Part shown: piece by piece, positions 10,625 through 21,027 of the stretch
Position numbering within the stretch: the stretch's first letter is position 1
Layout of the letters: each line of letters starts with the position of its first letter
Assembly: GCA_963665235.2 (NCBI GenBank)
Contig: CAXXLX010000001.1
Coordinates: 576,001-640,000, forward strand
Direction of reading: 5' to 3'
DNA length: 64,000 nt
DNA from: Candidatus Poribacteria bacterium
GTDB lineage: Bacteria; Poribacteria; WGA-4E; WGA-3G
Position numbers and translations under genes: made by a program
The notes under the pieces: model-generated
The model's database searches: none
What the model saw: only the letters and a program-made list of their open reading frames with translations
Told to the model about the DNA's origin: nothing

Positions 10625-12556
10625 TTAGGGTTCTCCCTGAATTTGAGCGATTAATTCTTGTGCCTCAAGGACTGCGCTTGTTGGTGCTTTCAATGTTTCG
10701 CCAACCGTTAAAATCAACATGTAATAGTCGTGTGCGGTTTGGAGGTCACCGTTAAGGTGTGCCCCTTCGGCTGCTTTGAAATAGCAAGTGGTTGCGGCAG
10801 CTTGGTATTTTTCAAATTCGTCGTCTAATTGGGCGTATCGGTAATTGGCGGCTGAGAAGATATAGGATTTGCCTGCTTCGGGCCATTCGCGAAGCATTTC
10901 AAGTTGCCGTGCAAGGGATGCGTAGTATAGGGCCCCCTGTTTTGCGTTTTTTCTCGCTTCTCTCGGTTTATTTGCAGCCGCGTAAGCGAATCTTGCCCGT
11001 GTATAACAGTTAGCGACGAGTTCCATTTCGCCGGTTCTCATAAACCTTTTTGCATGTTTCTGATAAAATGCGCCGAGTTTCTTATATTGCGCGTAGCATC
11101 GGCGTCTATTTTCCTGTTGTATATAGATTTGTGCTTGCTGATAGATATGTGCTGCTTCCTCTTCGTGGGGATATTGGATATCTGTGTGAATTTTGTCCAA
11201 CAAAAATTCAGGGGAGGCTTCCTCAATTAGGACGCGGTAGCTACCCGCCGGTTGTACCTGTGTTCTGTGGGCAGTGGACTTGGGGACCTCTTCGGGATAT
11301 TCTTGTTGGTGGGCGAACCAATCGCGCAGATGTCTCCTCTCCATTTCGGGTAGTTTTTCTATAAGTACTGTGATTTCTTGGGCAGTCGGTGCATTTGGAC
11401 GCAGTATGTTATCCTCTATCTGCTGGAACAACGTGCCTGCTTGGTTCGCCAATTCCATGTCCGGTAAACAGAGGTTATGCGCCTCATGAAGTTCCTGAAG
11501 CATGCCTTGCACATTATTGTTGTGTGCGTACTGTGTGGCATTCACGTAGTGTTGCTTGAGCTGGGTTTTTATTTTTTCTCGGTGGATGTTTTCGTTTTTT
11601 TTCCGCTCGCTAAAGAAGAGGTTCTGATTAATTTTTTCGGCGATTTCGATTTGCAATCGGAACGCCTTTCTGCAGCGTTCGAGGGCACCGGCGAGTTCTG
11701 TCTCCGGGGAATCGGTGCTTTTCTGAATCAGGATGCTGGCTTGATATTCATATTGTCCCCGTTTGATGCTGTCTAGTTCGTCGTGCATCTCAGCGGCGGT
11801 TTGGTAACGTTTTGTTACATCTCGGTGGAGTGCCTTGAGTAAAAAGTTTCGGAATCCTTCTGGGCATTTCTCAAGGTTTTCTACTTCGCCGCCCGCTTTT
11901 TTTCTATCAATTTCATCCGCTTCGCCAGAAAATGGGAAATGCCCCGTTGCGGCTTCATATAGAATTAACCCTGTGGCATAGAGGTCCGCTCGGTAATCGT
12001 AAGCACCGTAATGTTGTTCAGGGGCCATATAGCGTTGGGTGCCGGTCATGGTTCCTGCGACTTCTGTTTTCTCGCTAAAAATCCGCGCGATACTGAAGTC
12101 GGCGATTTTTGCTTCTTTCTCTTGTGTGAGCAGGATATTTTGCGGTTTAATATCACGGTGCAGGATATTTTGGGCATGGGCAGCTTTTAACCCGTTGGAA
12201 ATATCTAAGCCGATATTGAGGACTTCCGTTAGGGCTAGCTCCCTTTTTTGCATGAGTTGATGGAGACTGGGGCCCCCAATATATTCCATGATTATCCATG
12301 CAAGATAATTATCTTCGCCTGGTTCAACGGTATGGATTGAAACGATATTAGGATGGCCACAAATCTTTGACATAGATTTAATTTCGTTAAAGAGATATTG
12401 CATTCTTCCGGGGGGGTACGCATCTTTGGTGAGCGCTTTAATCGCCACGATACGGTTCGTCATTTCTTCGCGAGCGCGAAAAACGGACGAAAAACTGCCC
12501 GAACCGAGATATTCAAGCAATCTATATTTACCTAATATCAGTTCATTAATATCCAT
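10625..12556 (-). CDS. Hanks-type Ser/Thr protein kinase with helical C-terminal domain
   Basis: LGSGSFSSV, VAIK, HRDIKPQN, DFS (for DFG), YMAPE. Confidence 0.9.
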   Translation of the reverse strand: MDINELILGKYRLLEYLGSGSFSSVFRAREEMTNRIVAIKALTKDAYPPGRMQYLFNEIKSMSKICGHPNIVSIHTVEPGEDNYLAWIIMEYIGGPSLHQLMQKRELALTEVLNIGLDISNGLKAAHAQNILHRDIKPQNILLTQEKEAKIADFSIARIFSEKTEVAGTMTGTQRYMAPEQHYGAYDYRADLYATGLILYEAATGHFPFSGEADEIDRKKAGGEVENLEKCPEGFRNFLLKALHRDVTKRYQTAAEMHDELDSIKRGQYEYQASILIQKSTDSPETELAGALERCRKAFRLQIEIAEKINQNLFFSERKKNENIHREKIKTQLKQHYVNATQYAHNNNVQGMLQELHEAHNLCLPDMELANQAGTLFQQIEDNILRPNAPTAQEITVLIEKLPEMERRHLRDWFAHQQEYPEEVPKSTAHRTQVQPAGSYRVLIEEASPEFLLDKIHTDIQYPHEEEAAHIYQQAQIYIQQENRRRCYAQYKKLGAFYQKHAKRFMRTGEMELVANCYTRARFAYAAANKPREARKNAKQGALYYASLARQLEMLREWPEAGKSYIFSAANYRYAQLDDEFEKYQAAATTCYFKAAEGAHLNGDLQTAHDYYMLILTVGETLKAPTSAVLEAQELIAQIQGEP

Positions 12557-12770
12557 AACATTCTTGATGCAGGTCTGTCGCTCGCTTGTGCCGTTGTTGC
12601 AAGCGGATTTCTGATTCTTTAAGTCAAGTCACGTCCTATAAATGAGAACAGACGCATGGTTAATACGACCGTCTTGGGGTACATTAACCGCTAATATCTA
12701 GAAGATTAGCAGAAATTGCATTAATTGTCAACACAAAGACGAGTTTTTAGGCGAATACGTGTTGATTTGC

Positions 12771-13415
12771 TTAGCCCCGGGCAGATTTAACAGCGGCGAC
12801 TAGATGTTTTGCGGCTTCTGTGAGCTGTGCAAAATCTCCAGATTCGAGGCGGCTATTGCTGACAAGTGCGCTGCCGACCCCTAATGCGGTTGCGCCCGCC
12901 TTGATGAACTCAGCAGCGTTTGCAGCATTGATTCCACCTGTCGGTACAAGTGGAATATGTGGCAGCGGTGCTTTTATGTCCTTGATATACGTGGAACCGA
13001 CTCCGCTTGAAGGAAAGACCTTCACGTAATCTGCTCCCGCTTCCCATGCCGTTAAAATCTCCGTCGGTGTAAAGGCACCCGGTATAACCACTTTGCCGTA
13101 TCGGTTGCAGATTTCGATGACATCCGGTTTTGTAACGGGACTAACAACGAACTCAGCTCCTGCTAATATAGCAGCGCGTGCTGTTTCAGCGTCCAGGACG
13201 GAACCGACACCGACCAGTATGGCATCGCCTGCCTGTGTTGACACCTCGTGAATTACGTGTAACGCGTTCGGTGTTGTCATCGTTACTTCAATAACATCAA
13301 CGCCACCATTTTGAATGGCTGTTGCTGCTTCAATAAGTTCATTTGAGCTGCTGGCACGAATTATAGCAACTATACCGCATGCCTCAATACGTTGCATCTG
13401 TTCTAGTTTAGTCAT
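12771..13415 (-). CDS. eda: KDPG/KHG aldolase
   Basis: IEVTMTTP, GAFTPTEI, VKVFP, PTGGI. Confidence 0.92.
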   Translation of the reverse strand: MTKLEQMQRIEACGIVAIIRASSSNELIEAATAIQNGGVDVIEVTMTTPNALHVIHEVSTQAGDAILVGVGSVLDAETARAAILAGAEFVVSPVTKPDVIEICNRYGKVVIPGAFTPTEILTAWEAGADYVKVFPSSGVGSTYIKDIKAPLPHIPLVPTGGINAANAAEFIKAGATALGVGSALVSNSRLESGDFAQLTEAAKHLVAAVKSARG

Positions 13416-13658
13416 TGACTGCCCTCATTTCTTTTTCGAATCGTGCTTTAGGGATGTACCGTTTGGCAGTTGAATTCCAGTTGTCTATTTCGCTGGAGTC
13501 TTCTATATTGTACAATTTTTTTTGCATTTAATTTGTGAATATGTTATGATTATACTGAAACTGCACAGAATGCTCCTGAATACCTATATTTTTAACCCCC
13601 GAAACTGAGGTTCTACAACTCGGGCGAGCGTTGGATTAGAAATCGCCCACAAAGAAGA

Positions 13659-15005
13659 ATGGAAGTTGTCCCACTATCCGCTTATCTCATCGGCTTAGCT
13701 GGTTTACTTGTCCTCTCCGGTTTTTTCTCAGGCTCTGAAACGGCCTTATGTGCTCTCACCCGGGTGCAAGTGGAGAAATTGCGTTTTGAGAAGAAAGGTG
13801 CGTCGGCAATCGTCAATTTTGTTGACAATCCGCGCAGGCTGTTTATTACTGTACTGCTCGGTAACAATCTTGTTAATGTTGCGTTTGCGATTTTGATGTT
13901 ACGACTTGCGACGCAAGTGCTCCAGCAATACAGTGAGGGGCTCCGGTTTGTCATCTCTTTAGCGGTCAGCGTGATACTGATGCTCATTTTCGGCGAGATG
14001 ACTCCGAAGGCTTACGCGCTTAAGCATGCAGAGCTTTTTGCTAAAATAACTGCCCCTCCGTTGTGGGTGTTTTCTATTGTCATTTCCCCATTGCGCGCCT
14101 TACTGCGCAGAATTATTGATGTGCTCGTCCCAATATTTGGCGGCCACTTGCCCACTGTAGAGCACTTCACAACCACAGATTTTAAGGAACTTCTTGATAC
14201 TTACCCAGAGGAGGCTCTGCCTGCCGATGAACGTGAAATTGTGAGCAATATCCTCGAATTGTATGACATTCAAGCGAGAGAAATTATGGTGCCTCGAACG
14301 GAAGTCGTCGCGGTGCCCATATCAAACACTATTCAAGCAACTTTAAAGCAGGCAAAAGACTCCGGGTTCTCACGTATACCTGTCTATAGAGAGCAAATTG
14401 ATAAAATCTGTGGTATCTTCTATGTGAAAGATATCCCTTTGTGGCCGTATACCGAAATAAATTCACTGACGATTGAGACGTTTCTAGAAAAACGAGCGAC
14501 GATTCCCGAAGTATCCGAGAATGCACCTCTGATTCGGGAGGCTATTTCGGTACTTGAAACTCGTAAAATCGGTGTGTTGCTGTTGCAATTGACCCAAGAA
14601 AAAACGAAAATGGCGATTCTCCTAGATGAATACGGTGGTACGTCCGGGATTGTCACTACCGAAGACATCATCGAGCAGGTGGTTGGGGATATCGTAGATG
14701 AATATGACCGTTTAGAAAATCTGCCCGATTTTGTTAAGCATTCCGAAAACCCCCTTATCCTTGAAACGTCAGGGCGCCTGAGTATTCGAGAACTCAATCA
14801 GCTGTTCGATTTAAAACTGAGTGAGGAAGGGACGGATACTGTCGGAGGCTATGTCCTTAGACTCCTGGGACAAATTCCATCTGTCGGCGAATCTGCTGTT
14901 GATGAAAATGGTATCGAATTTGAAATTACTGCAACAGAAGGTAACCTGATTACAAGACTGTTTCTCCGGGGCCCAGCAATTCCGGAGTCGGAAACCGAAA
15001 TCTAG
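13659..15005 (+). CDS. CNNM/CBS/CorC (hemolysin family) membrane protein
   Basis: SGFFSGSETA, FGEMTPK, MVPR, FSRIPVY, DEYGG. Confidence 0.92.
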   Translation: MEVVPLSAYLIGLAGLLVLSGFFSGSETALCALTRVQVEKLRFEKKGASAIVNFVDNPRRLFITVLLGNNLVNVAFAILMLRLATQVLQQYSEGLRFVISLAVSVILMLIFGEMTPKAYALKHAELFAKITAPPLWVFSIVISPLRALLRRIIDVLVPIFGGHLPTVEHFTTTDFKELLDTYPEEALPADEREIVSNILELYDIQAREIMVPRTEVVAVPISNTIQATLKQAKDSGFSRIPVYREQIDKICGIFYVKDIPLWPYTEINSLTIETFLEKRATIPEVSENAPLIREAISVLETRKIGVLLLQLTQEKTKMAILLDEYGGTSGIVTTEDIIEQVVGDIVDEYDRLENLPDFVKHSENPLILETSGRLSIRELNQLFDLKLSEEGTDTVGGYVLRLLGQIPSVGESAVDENGIEFEITATEGNLITRLFLRGPAIPESETEI

Positions 15006-15021
15006 TAAGAGGTCACTTACA

Positions 15022-16077
15022 TTGAAAATCCTCCTATTTTCCCTCTTTTTAATCGGTGCGGGCAGTTCAGCACATATTGCGACATTGAGCTCGTTTATAG
15101 TCGCAGTGCTTATCTGCCTCGTTTTGTCTGCTTTCTATTCCGGTTCAGAAACTGCTCTTGTCTCGGTTAATAAAATCCGCATTAATCAACTTGTTAAATC
15201 CAAGGAGCCTCGTGCAAAAATTATTCACCGTTTAGTTCAATCTCCAAATAGGATGCTTGCTTTGACCTTAGTAGGGACCAACATTGCAAATGTCCTGATT
15301 GCCCAATTCGGTGGTAAATTAACTGCACAAATTCTGCCAAACCTCACTGGGAGGGCTCAAGACGCAATCGCTACGATTTACATTACCGTGCTGCTGCTTA
15401 TCTTCGGTGAAATCTTACCGAAAACCATTTTTCGTGTCAAATCGGATACCCTCACCCTGCGATACGCATATCTTTTACGCCTCTCCGAATGGGTTTTAGC
15501 CCCCATAATTTACGTTGTACAAACGTTGACAAAATTCATTATCGGTCTTGTAGACAGAAGAGCAAGTGCACCGAGTGCTGATGAACAACGCGAAGAATTA
15601 CGGTTACTTGCAACTATGGGAGAACGTTCCGGCAATCTTTTCACCGACCAACGCAGAATGATTCACAGTCTGCTTGATATACAAAACCGAACTGTTGCGG
15701 ATGTTATGGTCCCGCTCGAGGATATTGTGGCAATTGAGAAAAGTACGAAATGTGAGGATTTTCTCAAAATTGCAGTGCACTCCGGCTTCTCACGGATTCC
15801 GGTTTACGATGAACGTATAGATAACATTGTGGGTATTGTCAATCTCCTCGATGTTATCTATGCGGAACACCCGCCGGAAACCGTAACGCCTTTTATTCGT
15901 TCAACGCTGCACTTTGTGCCTGAATACAAAAAAATTAACGCCCTCCTTAAAGAGATTCAGAATAGTCAACATACCATGGTATTCGCTGTAGATGAAAACA
16001 GAACGGTTGTTGGCCTCGTAACTGTTGAAGATTTGGTTGAAGAAATCGTGGGCGAATTTGCCGATGAGCGCGACTAA
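15022..16077 (+). CDS. CNNM/CBS membrane protein (second paralog, no CorC domain)
   Basis: SAFYSGSETA, FGEILPK, FSRIPVY, EDLVEEIVGE. Confidence 0.9.
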   Translation: MKILLFSLFLIGAGSSAHIATLSSFIVAVLICLVLSAFYSGSETALVSVNKIRINQLVKSKEPRAKIIHRLVQSPNRMLALTLVGTNIANVLIAQFGGKLTAQILPNLTGRAQDAIATIYITVLLLIFGEILPKTIFRVKSDTLTLRYAYLLRLSEWVLAPIIYVVQTLTKFIIGLVDRRASAPSADEQREELRLLATMGERSGNLFTDQRRMIHSLLDIQNRTVADVMVPLEDIVAIEKSTKCEDFLKIAVHSGFSRIPVYDERIDNIVGIVNLLDVIYAEHPPETVTPFIRSTLHFVPEYKKINALLKEIQNSQHTMVFAVDENRTVVGLVTVEDLVEEIVGEFADERD

Positions 16078-16078
16078 T

Positions 16079-16831
16079 CTATAAAATCCCAAGCGGGGGC
16101 ATCACAACAATCTCCTCCGTAACCATGCCAATCGGTTGTTGGCAGACAGACAGAACTGTTTCGGCTACATGCTCAGGTTTGAGCATTTTCTCAAAGTCGG
16201 GGTGCTCCGGAATATCATCCCAGAACGAAGTCTCAACGGACCCTGGGAGTACTGCTGTAACACGAATGTTGTCTTGTCGGACTTCAGCTGCGAGGACCTT
16301 TGTGAATGCCAAGGCACCTGCCTTTGCGGCACAATATGCACTAGACGCTGCAAAAGGCACCTTCGCGGCGATGGAAAGGACGTTAATAATCTGACCGCTG
16401 CCGCGTGCCAAGAGATGTGGCAGTGCGTACTTGGTACAGAGATAGATACCCTTCAAATTGGAATTAACGACGCTATCCCAATCAGCAAGCTCAAAATCGA
16501 CAACGTTTCCGAATCTGCCATTTCCTGCACAGTTTATCAGGATATCCAGGTGCTGATAAGCCTCTTGACTACGGCGCATGAGGTTTCTCACAGCGTCGGC
16601 ATCTGTGACATCGGTTGGGACAGCGAGTGCTTCTGCCCCTGCCGCTGTGAGTGTTGCTGCGACCGCTGCAACGTCCTTATGTGTGCGGGCGGCAAGAACA
16701 ATCTTCGCACCTACGTTAGCCAAAGCGAACGCTACGGCTTTCCCAATGCCTTTTGACGCGCCAGTAATAACGACAACTTTTCCTTCAACCCTGTTCGTTT
16801 GTGTCGCATCAAGCCGGTTTTCCGTTGACAT
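16079..16831 (-). CDS. Short-chain dehydrogenase/reductase (possible sepiapterin reductase)
   Basis: TGASKGIG and YCAAK motifs; lies downstream of folE and PTPS. Confidence 0.85.
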   Translation of the reverse strand: MSTENRLDATQTNRVEGKVVVITGASKGIGKAVAFALANVGAKIVLAARTHKDVAAVAATLTAAGAEALAVPTDVTDADAVRNLMRRSQEAYQHLDILINCAGNGRFGNVVDFELADWDSVVNSNLKGIYLCTKYALPHLLARGSGQIINVLSIAAKVPFAASSAYCAAKAGALAFTKVLAAEVRQDNIRVTAVLPGSVETSFWDDIPEHPDFEKMLKPEHVAETVLSVCQQPIGMVTEEIVVMPPLGIL

Positions 16832-16956
16832 GTTTCACCTCTATAGATTGGCTATTGGAAACCGTTGGCAAGAAGTCTCTGACGCGTGTCAAAAACCTGC
16901 CTATAATCACAACATCTTGCTAATTGATAAATAGAACACTCCGTGCGCCTACTCCC

Positions 16957-17565
16957 TTAGGAAATCTGTATACATCTGAGGAACTCTGCCCGCGTTGCAC
17001 TATCTTCACGAAATGCTCCGCGCATAACGTTTGTCGTCATTTTCGGGGATTGCTTTTCAACCCCACGGGCCATCATGCACAGATGTTGCCCTTCCATCAC
17101 GACTGCAACACCTCGCGGGTCAAGGGTCTGTTCGAGGGCTTCAGCAATCTCGCGGGTGAGCCGTTCTTGGACCTGTAAACGTCGAGAAAACATATCCACA
17201 ATGCGTGGTATCTTGCTCAGTCCGATGGTCCGGTTCCGTGAGAGGTATCCGACGTGACATTTTCCCCAGAAGGGGAGTATATGATGTTCGCAAAGGCTGT
17301 AAAATTCGATATCCTTTACAATTACCATTTCATCATAATCTTCGTCAAAGATGGCTTCGTTCAAGATTTCGTTGATATCTAGATGATAACCGCTGGTAAA
17401 AAATTCCATCGCTTTTGCTGCGCGATGCGGCGTTTTGATTAAACCTTGCCGCCCTGGGTCTTCACCTATATGTTCCAGAATCTGTGTAAACAGCGATTCT
17501 AATTCTGGGTTCGACACTTGCGATACAGATTTGCAAGTGGAGCCCTTTTCCTCTTGAGGATTCAT
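16957..17565 (-). CDS. folE: GTP cyclohydrolase I
   Basis: [35 protein letters not shown]. Confidence 0.96.
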   Translation of the reverse strand: MNPQEEKGSTCKSVSQVSNPELESLFTQILEHIGEDPGRQGLIKTPHRAAKAMEFFTSGYHLDINEILNEAIFDEDYDEMVIVKDIEFYSLCEHHILPFWGKCHVGYLSRNRTIGLSKIPRIVDMFSRRLQVQERLTREIAEALEQTLDPRGVAVVMEGQHLCMMARGVEKQSPKMTTNVMRGAFREDSATRAEFLRCIQIS

Positions 17566-17568
17566 AAA

Positions 17569-18405
17569 TTAAGTGGATTCTCCGTAGTAATCGAAGTGGT
17601 TTTTGGGCGTTTCTCGCAAGCGAAGTCGGTGTAAAACCACCGGCCGCAGATTCGGTTCTAGGACATCCCAGAGCACTTTAACGAAGTTTTCAGAGGTCGG
17701 ATTGCATGTCTCAAATTCGGGCGTATCTACATTCAGATGTTTGTAATCAAAGCGTGCATACACCTCTTTTTCCACTACCTCGTCAAGCAGCTGCAAACCG
17801 ACAACGAGGCCGGTTCTTTCATCCACTTCCCCCTTTACAGTAACTTCAAGGATGTAGTTATGTCCGTGTCCTGCTGGATTGTTGCATTTTCCAAAGATTT
17901 CCCGGTTTTCCACATCACTAAGCGTGTGGCTGTGCAGGCGATGCGCTGCACTGAATTCGTAGACCTTGGTGAGATAAACCATGGGCCCTTCTCCATAATA
18001 GTCAGCAAATTGCGTTGCGCTTTCATAGAGCCGAACTCTATGCAGCACACCTGCGGGCAACGCAGCGGCGACCCGGCACCAGATGTCAAGGACGATATTT
18101 TCGTTTGTCGGTAGCAAATGCGGAGCCTTCGCGAAAGTTGGATGCTGGCTGTTTAGATGCTTGTGGTCGTAATTCGCAAGCACCTCTGTTTTTAGTAATG
18201 CATTTAGCAGTACCAAATTGATGACCATGCCATCATCGGCATCCACGTCCCCTTTCACCATCACTTCAAGTATATAGTTATGACCGTGGCTACTCGGATT
18301 CGCGGCGGGGCCGAACAACGCGAAGTTCTCCGCATCGCTTAATTCAGGGATACGATTGTAATGAGATGCTTCAAAAGCGGTTTGCCGGGTTAAGTAATGC
18401 ATCAA
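17569..18405 (-). CDS. Tandem-domain 6-pyruvoyl-tetrahydropterin synthase family protein
   Basis: Two HGHNY domains; second has CNNPAGHGH (Cx5HGH). Confidence 0.9.
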   Translation of the reverse strand: MMHYLTRQTAFEASHYNRIPELSDAENFALFGPAANPSSHGHNYILEVMVKGDVDADDGMVINLVLLNALLKTEVLANYDHKHLNSQHPTFAKAPHLLPTNENIVLDIWCRVAAALPAGVLHRVRLYESATQFADYYGEGPMVYLTKVYEFSAAHRLHSHTLSDVENREIFGKCNNPAGHGHNYILEVTVKGEVDERTGLVVGLQLLDEVVEKEVYARFDYKHLNVDTPEFETCNPTSENFVKVLWDVLEPNLRPVVLHRLRLRETPKNHFDYYGEST

Positions 18406-18438
18406 TTTTTTTAGAGGGTGTGCTGAATCGATGTGCCG

Positions 18439-18726
18439 CTAGCGATTTTCAGCGGGTACTCTCAATTCATCACCAACCGACTCATATTGAACTGTCATAA
18501 CCCATTCACCTGTACCGCGTATTTGCACGTTGCACTTTTTTAACCATTCGATTAAAGTTACGCGGTCGCGTGCTTCCCATTCGCAAAGCATGCGTCCCGA
18601 TAAGGTGTCGCACAAAACTCGGATGTTGCTGACATCAGCGGTTTTTTCTTTTTGAAACCGTTTCAGCAGCCGGGCGACATCTTGCCGTGTCATACAAGCG
18701 ATAGCATGGGCAGAAACAAATCTCAT
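18439..18726 (-). CDS. Small hypothetical protein (DUF4242-like)
   Basis: GRMLCEWEA motif, 95 aa, in operon context. Confidence 0.6.
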   Translation of the reverse strand: MRFVSAHAIACMTRQDVARLLKRFQKEKTADVSNIRVLCDTLSGRMLCEWEARDRVTLIEWLKKCNVQIRGTGEWVMTVQYESVGDELRVPAENR

Positions 18727-18769
18727 CGTCTACTCTTTAGCGGTTACCGGTTATTGTGAAACTTCTTTA

Positions 18770-19618
18770 TTAATCGCGTGCAATGGGTGCCCCGACAAGG
18801 TTACCCCATTCTGTCCAACTGCCATCATAGTTTCGGACCTTCTCATAACCGAGCAGGTATTTCAACACGAACCATGTATGCGATGACCGTTCACCGATAC
18901 GGCAGTATGCAATTGTCTCTTTGTTGGAATCAACGCCTTCTCCACCATAGATAGCTTCGAGTTCGTCATGGGACTTGAAGGTGCCATCCTCGGCGACTGC
19001 GGTTGCCCACGGTATATTTGCTGCGCCGGGGATATGTCCCCCACGCTGGGCGGTTTCACTCATACCGGGGGGTGCGATGACTTCCCCAGTAAATTCTGCG
19101 GGTGACCGGACATCCACGAGGTTGATAACACCCTGTTCAAGTGTAGGGAGTATGTTGTCCTTCGTTGCGCGGACGTTGTCATCCGGAAATTTCGCCTGAT
19201 ATCCCGGGCTAGAATAGGATGGAACATCCGTGACAAGTTCTCTTCCCTCGTCTATCCATTTTTGACGGCCGCCGTTCATGACCTTCAGCAGACTCTCATC
19301 ATGTCCATAGTAGCGGAATTGCCACAACGCGTAGGTTGCGAACCAGTTATTATTATCACCGTAGAAGATTACGGTGGTATCGTTGGCGATGCCGCTGTCG
19401 TTGCAGAGTGCCTCAAATTGGTCTTTTGTGAGAATATCACGGCGGATTTGGTCACACAACTGCGTCTGCCAATTCAAGCCGACTGCCCCGGCGATATGTC
19501 CCTCCGCGTACGCTGACGTATCTACATCAACTTCGAGCAACCGGATATCTGCCTCGTCGCCGTGTTCGGCAACCCATGCTGTACTTACTAAAACATCGGG
19601 ATTTGCATATTCGGCCAT
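18770..19618 (-). CDS. Thiosulfate sulfurtransferase (double rhodanese)
   Basis: GHIAGA, GHIPGA, YCRIGERS, YDGSWTEW. Confidence 0.95.
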   Translation of the reverse strand: MAEYANPDVLVSTAWVAEHGDEADIRLLEVDVDTSAYAEGHIAGAVGLNWQTQLCDQIRRDILTKDQFEALCNDSGIANDTTVIFYGDNNNWFATYALWQFRYYGHDESLLKVMNGGRQKWIDEGRELVTDVPSYSSPGYQAKFPDDNVRATKDNILPTLEQGVINLVDVRSPAEFTGEVIAPPGMSETAQRGGHIPGAANIPWATAVAEDGTFKSHDELEAIYGGEGVDSNKETIAYCRIGERSSHTWFVLKYLLGYEKVRNYDGSWTEWGNLVGAPIARD

Positions 19619-19946
19619 TTCTGTTTTAATCCTCCTTATGTCGTTCCGGAACCTGTATTAAATCTATAGGCTGATAACTTTGCATTCACTTAATGTTCAG
19701 ATTCCCTCTCTTATATTATACATGTTTCAACGCTAGTTGTCAAGTGTAAATGCTATTTTTCTATACATATTGCCTGTTTTTACACAATTTGTCAAGCTTT
19801 TTCTTAAAAATGTGGGAAATAGGCGGGATGAAAAAGGAGAAATTGCCGGAATCTCGGCTTTTTGGAAAATTTAACGCTGGGCACGTCAAATCAACGCCAA
19901 ATGCATTTAAGAAATTTAGTGGACGAAAGGGTCCGGTTTTTCAACT

Positions 19947-20276
19947 TCACTGCAACGGTGAATATTCTGTCGGTTCAAGGATTTTGGTACTCACAACGTT
20001 AACTAATGGACCTCCGACTTCGGTAAGTCGTTTCGCCGCTTGCCATTCCGGGTCGGCGATGAAGGCATCCCAGGCGCGTTGGTAGTGCCCCAAATCTTCA
20101 AAAGCAAGCATGTAGACCAGCTCCGTTGTCGTCGCCTCACCGATGGCGGTCTCCCAAAAACCGATGACCTTCATATTGTACTTTTCAAACAACGGTAACG
20201 TGATGTTTGCAAATCTGTCGTTCAGATTTTTCATTTTCCCCGGTACAACCTGATACGTTCGCAACTCATAAATCAT
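19947..20276 (-). CDS. NIPSNAP family protein
   Basis: MIYELRTY...WDAFIADPEW...YSPLQ. Confidence 0.92.
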   Translation of the reverse strand: MIYELRTYQVVPGKMKNLNDRFANITLPLFEKYNMKVIGFWETAIGEATTTELVYMLAFEDLGHYQRAWDAFIADPEWQAAKRLTEVGGPLVNVVSTKILEPTEYSPLQ

Positions 20277-20288
20277 TCAATTGCCTCC

Positions 20289-20987
20289 TTACAAAATTCC
20301 GTATCTATCATAAACCTCTCTAAGGGTTGCGCCCTCAAGAAGTGCGTCCCGGGTACGGTTTTCACCCTTAACCTTCTCCAGCGCAGCCTGAATTACCGCT
20401 GTTTCCACGGTGTGTGGTATCACAACCACGCCATCAGCATCGCCGAAGACGATATCGCCAGGGTTAACCGTGACCCCCGCACATTCTATCGGGACGTTAT
20501 ACGCGACAACCTCTCCGCGGCCGTTAGAGTCTACAGGTGACAGGCCGGTTGTAAAGATAGGAAACTGCATCGCCATGATTTTGCGTGCGTCCCGGATGAA
20601 TCCATCAATAATTGCCCCGCGTGCTCCGCGCGCCCGCGCTGCCGTTGAAAGCAATTCACCCCAAAAGCAGATACGGGTGCTGCCGTTGGTAGAGCAGACT
20701 AGGACATCGTCCTGTTTAAGGCTGTCTACCGCTGCGATTTCCTGTTGATACGGTTCATCAGGAATTTCGTAGACCTCCAAGCAGAGGACAGGCATTGCAC
20801 GACCGACAACGATTGTCTCTGGCAGCAACGGCCGGAGTGTGTGTTTCAGTGCCTGCTTGCGGAACCCTGCTGCATCTAGGGCATCCGAAATTACGGCAGC
20901 ATATAACTGCGACTCCATCATATCAAACAGCTCTGTATCGTTTTCCCACGCTCTATTTTCTTCGGTTTCTGTGATGGTTTGAATCAT
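20289..20987 (-). CDS. RraA/HMG aldolase family protein
   Basis: ISDALD, WGELLS, IDGFIRD, PGDIVFGDADGVV; GGAGG RBS before ATG 20987. Confidence 0.9.
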   Translation of the reverse strand: MIQTITETEENRAWENDTELFDMMESQLYAAVISDALDAAGFRKQALKHTLRPLLPETIVVGRAMPVLCLEVYEIPDEPYQQEIAAVDSLKQDDVLVCSTNGSTRICFWGELLSTAARARGARGAIIDGFIRDARKIMAMQFPIFTTGLSPVDSNGRGEVVAYNVPIECAGVTVNPGDIVFGDADGVVVIPHTVETAVIQAALEKVKGENRTRDALLEGATLREVYDRYGIL

Positions 20988-21027
20988 GGGACCTCCGTAT
21001 CTGTCCATAACGAACCGTGAGGCAATA

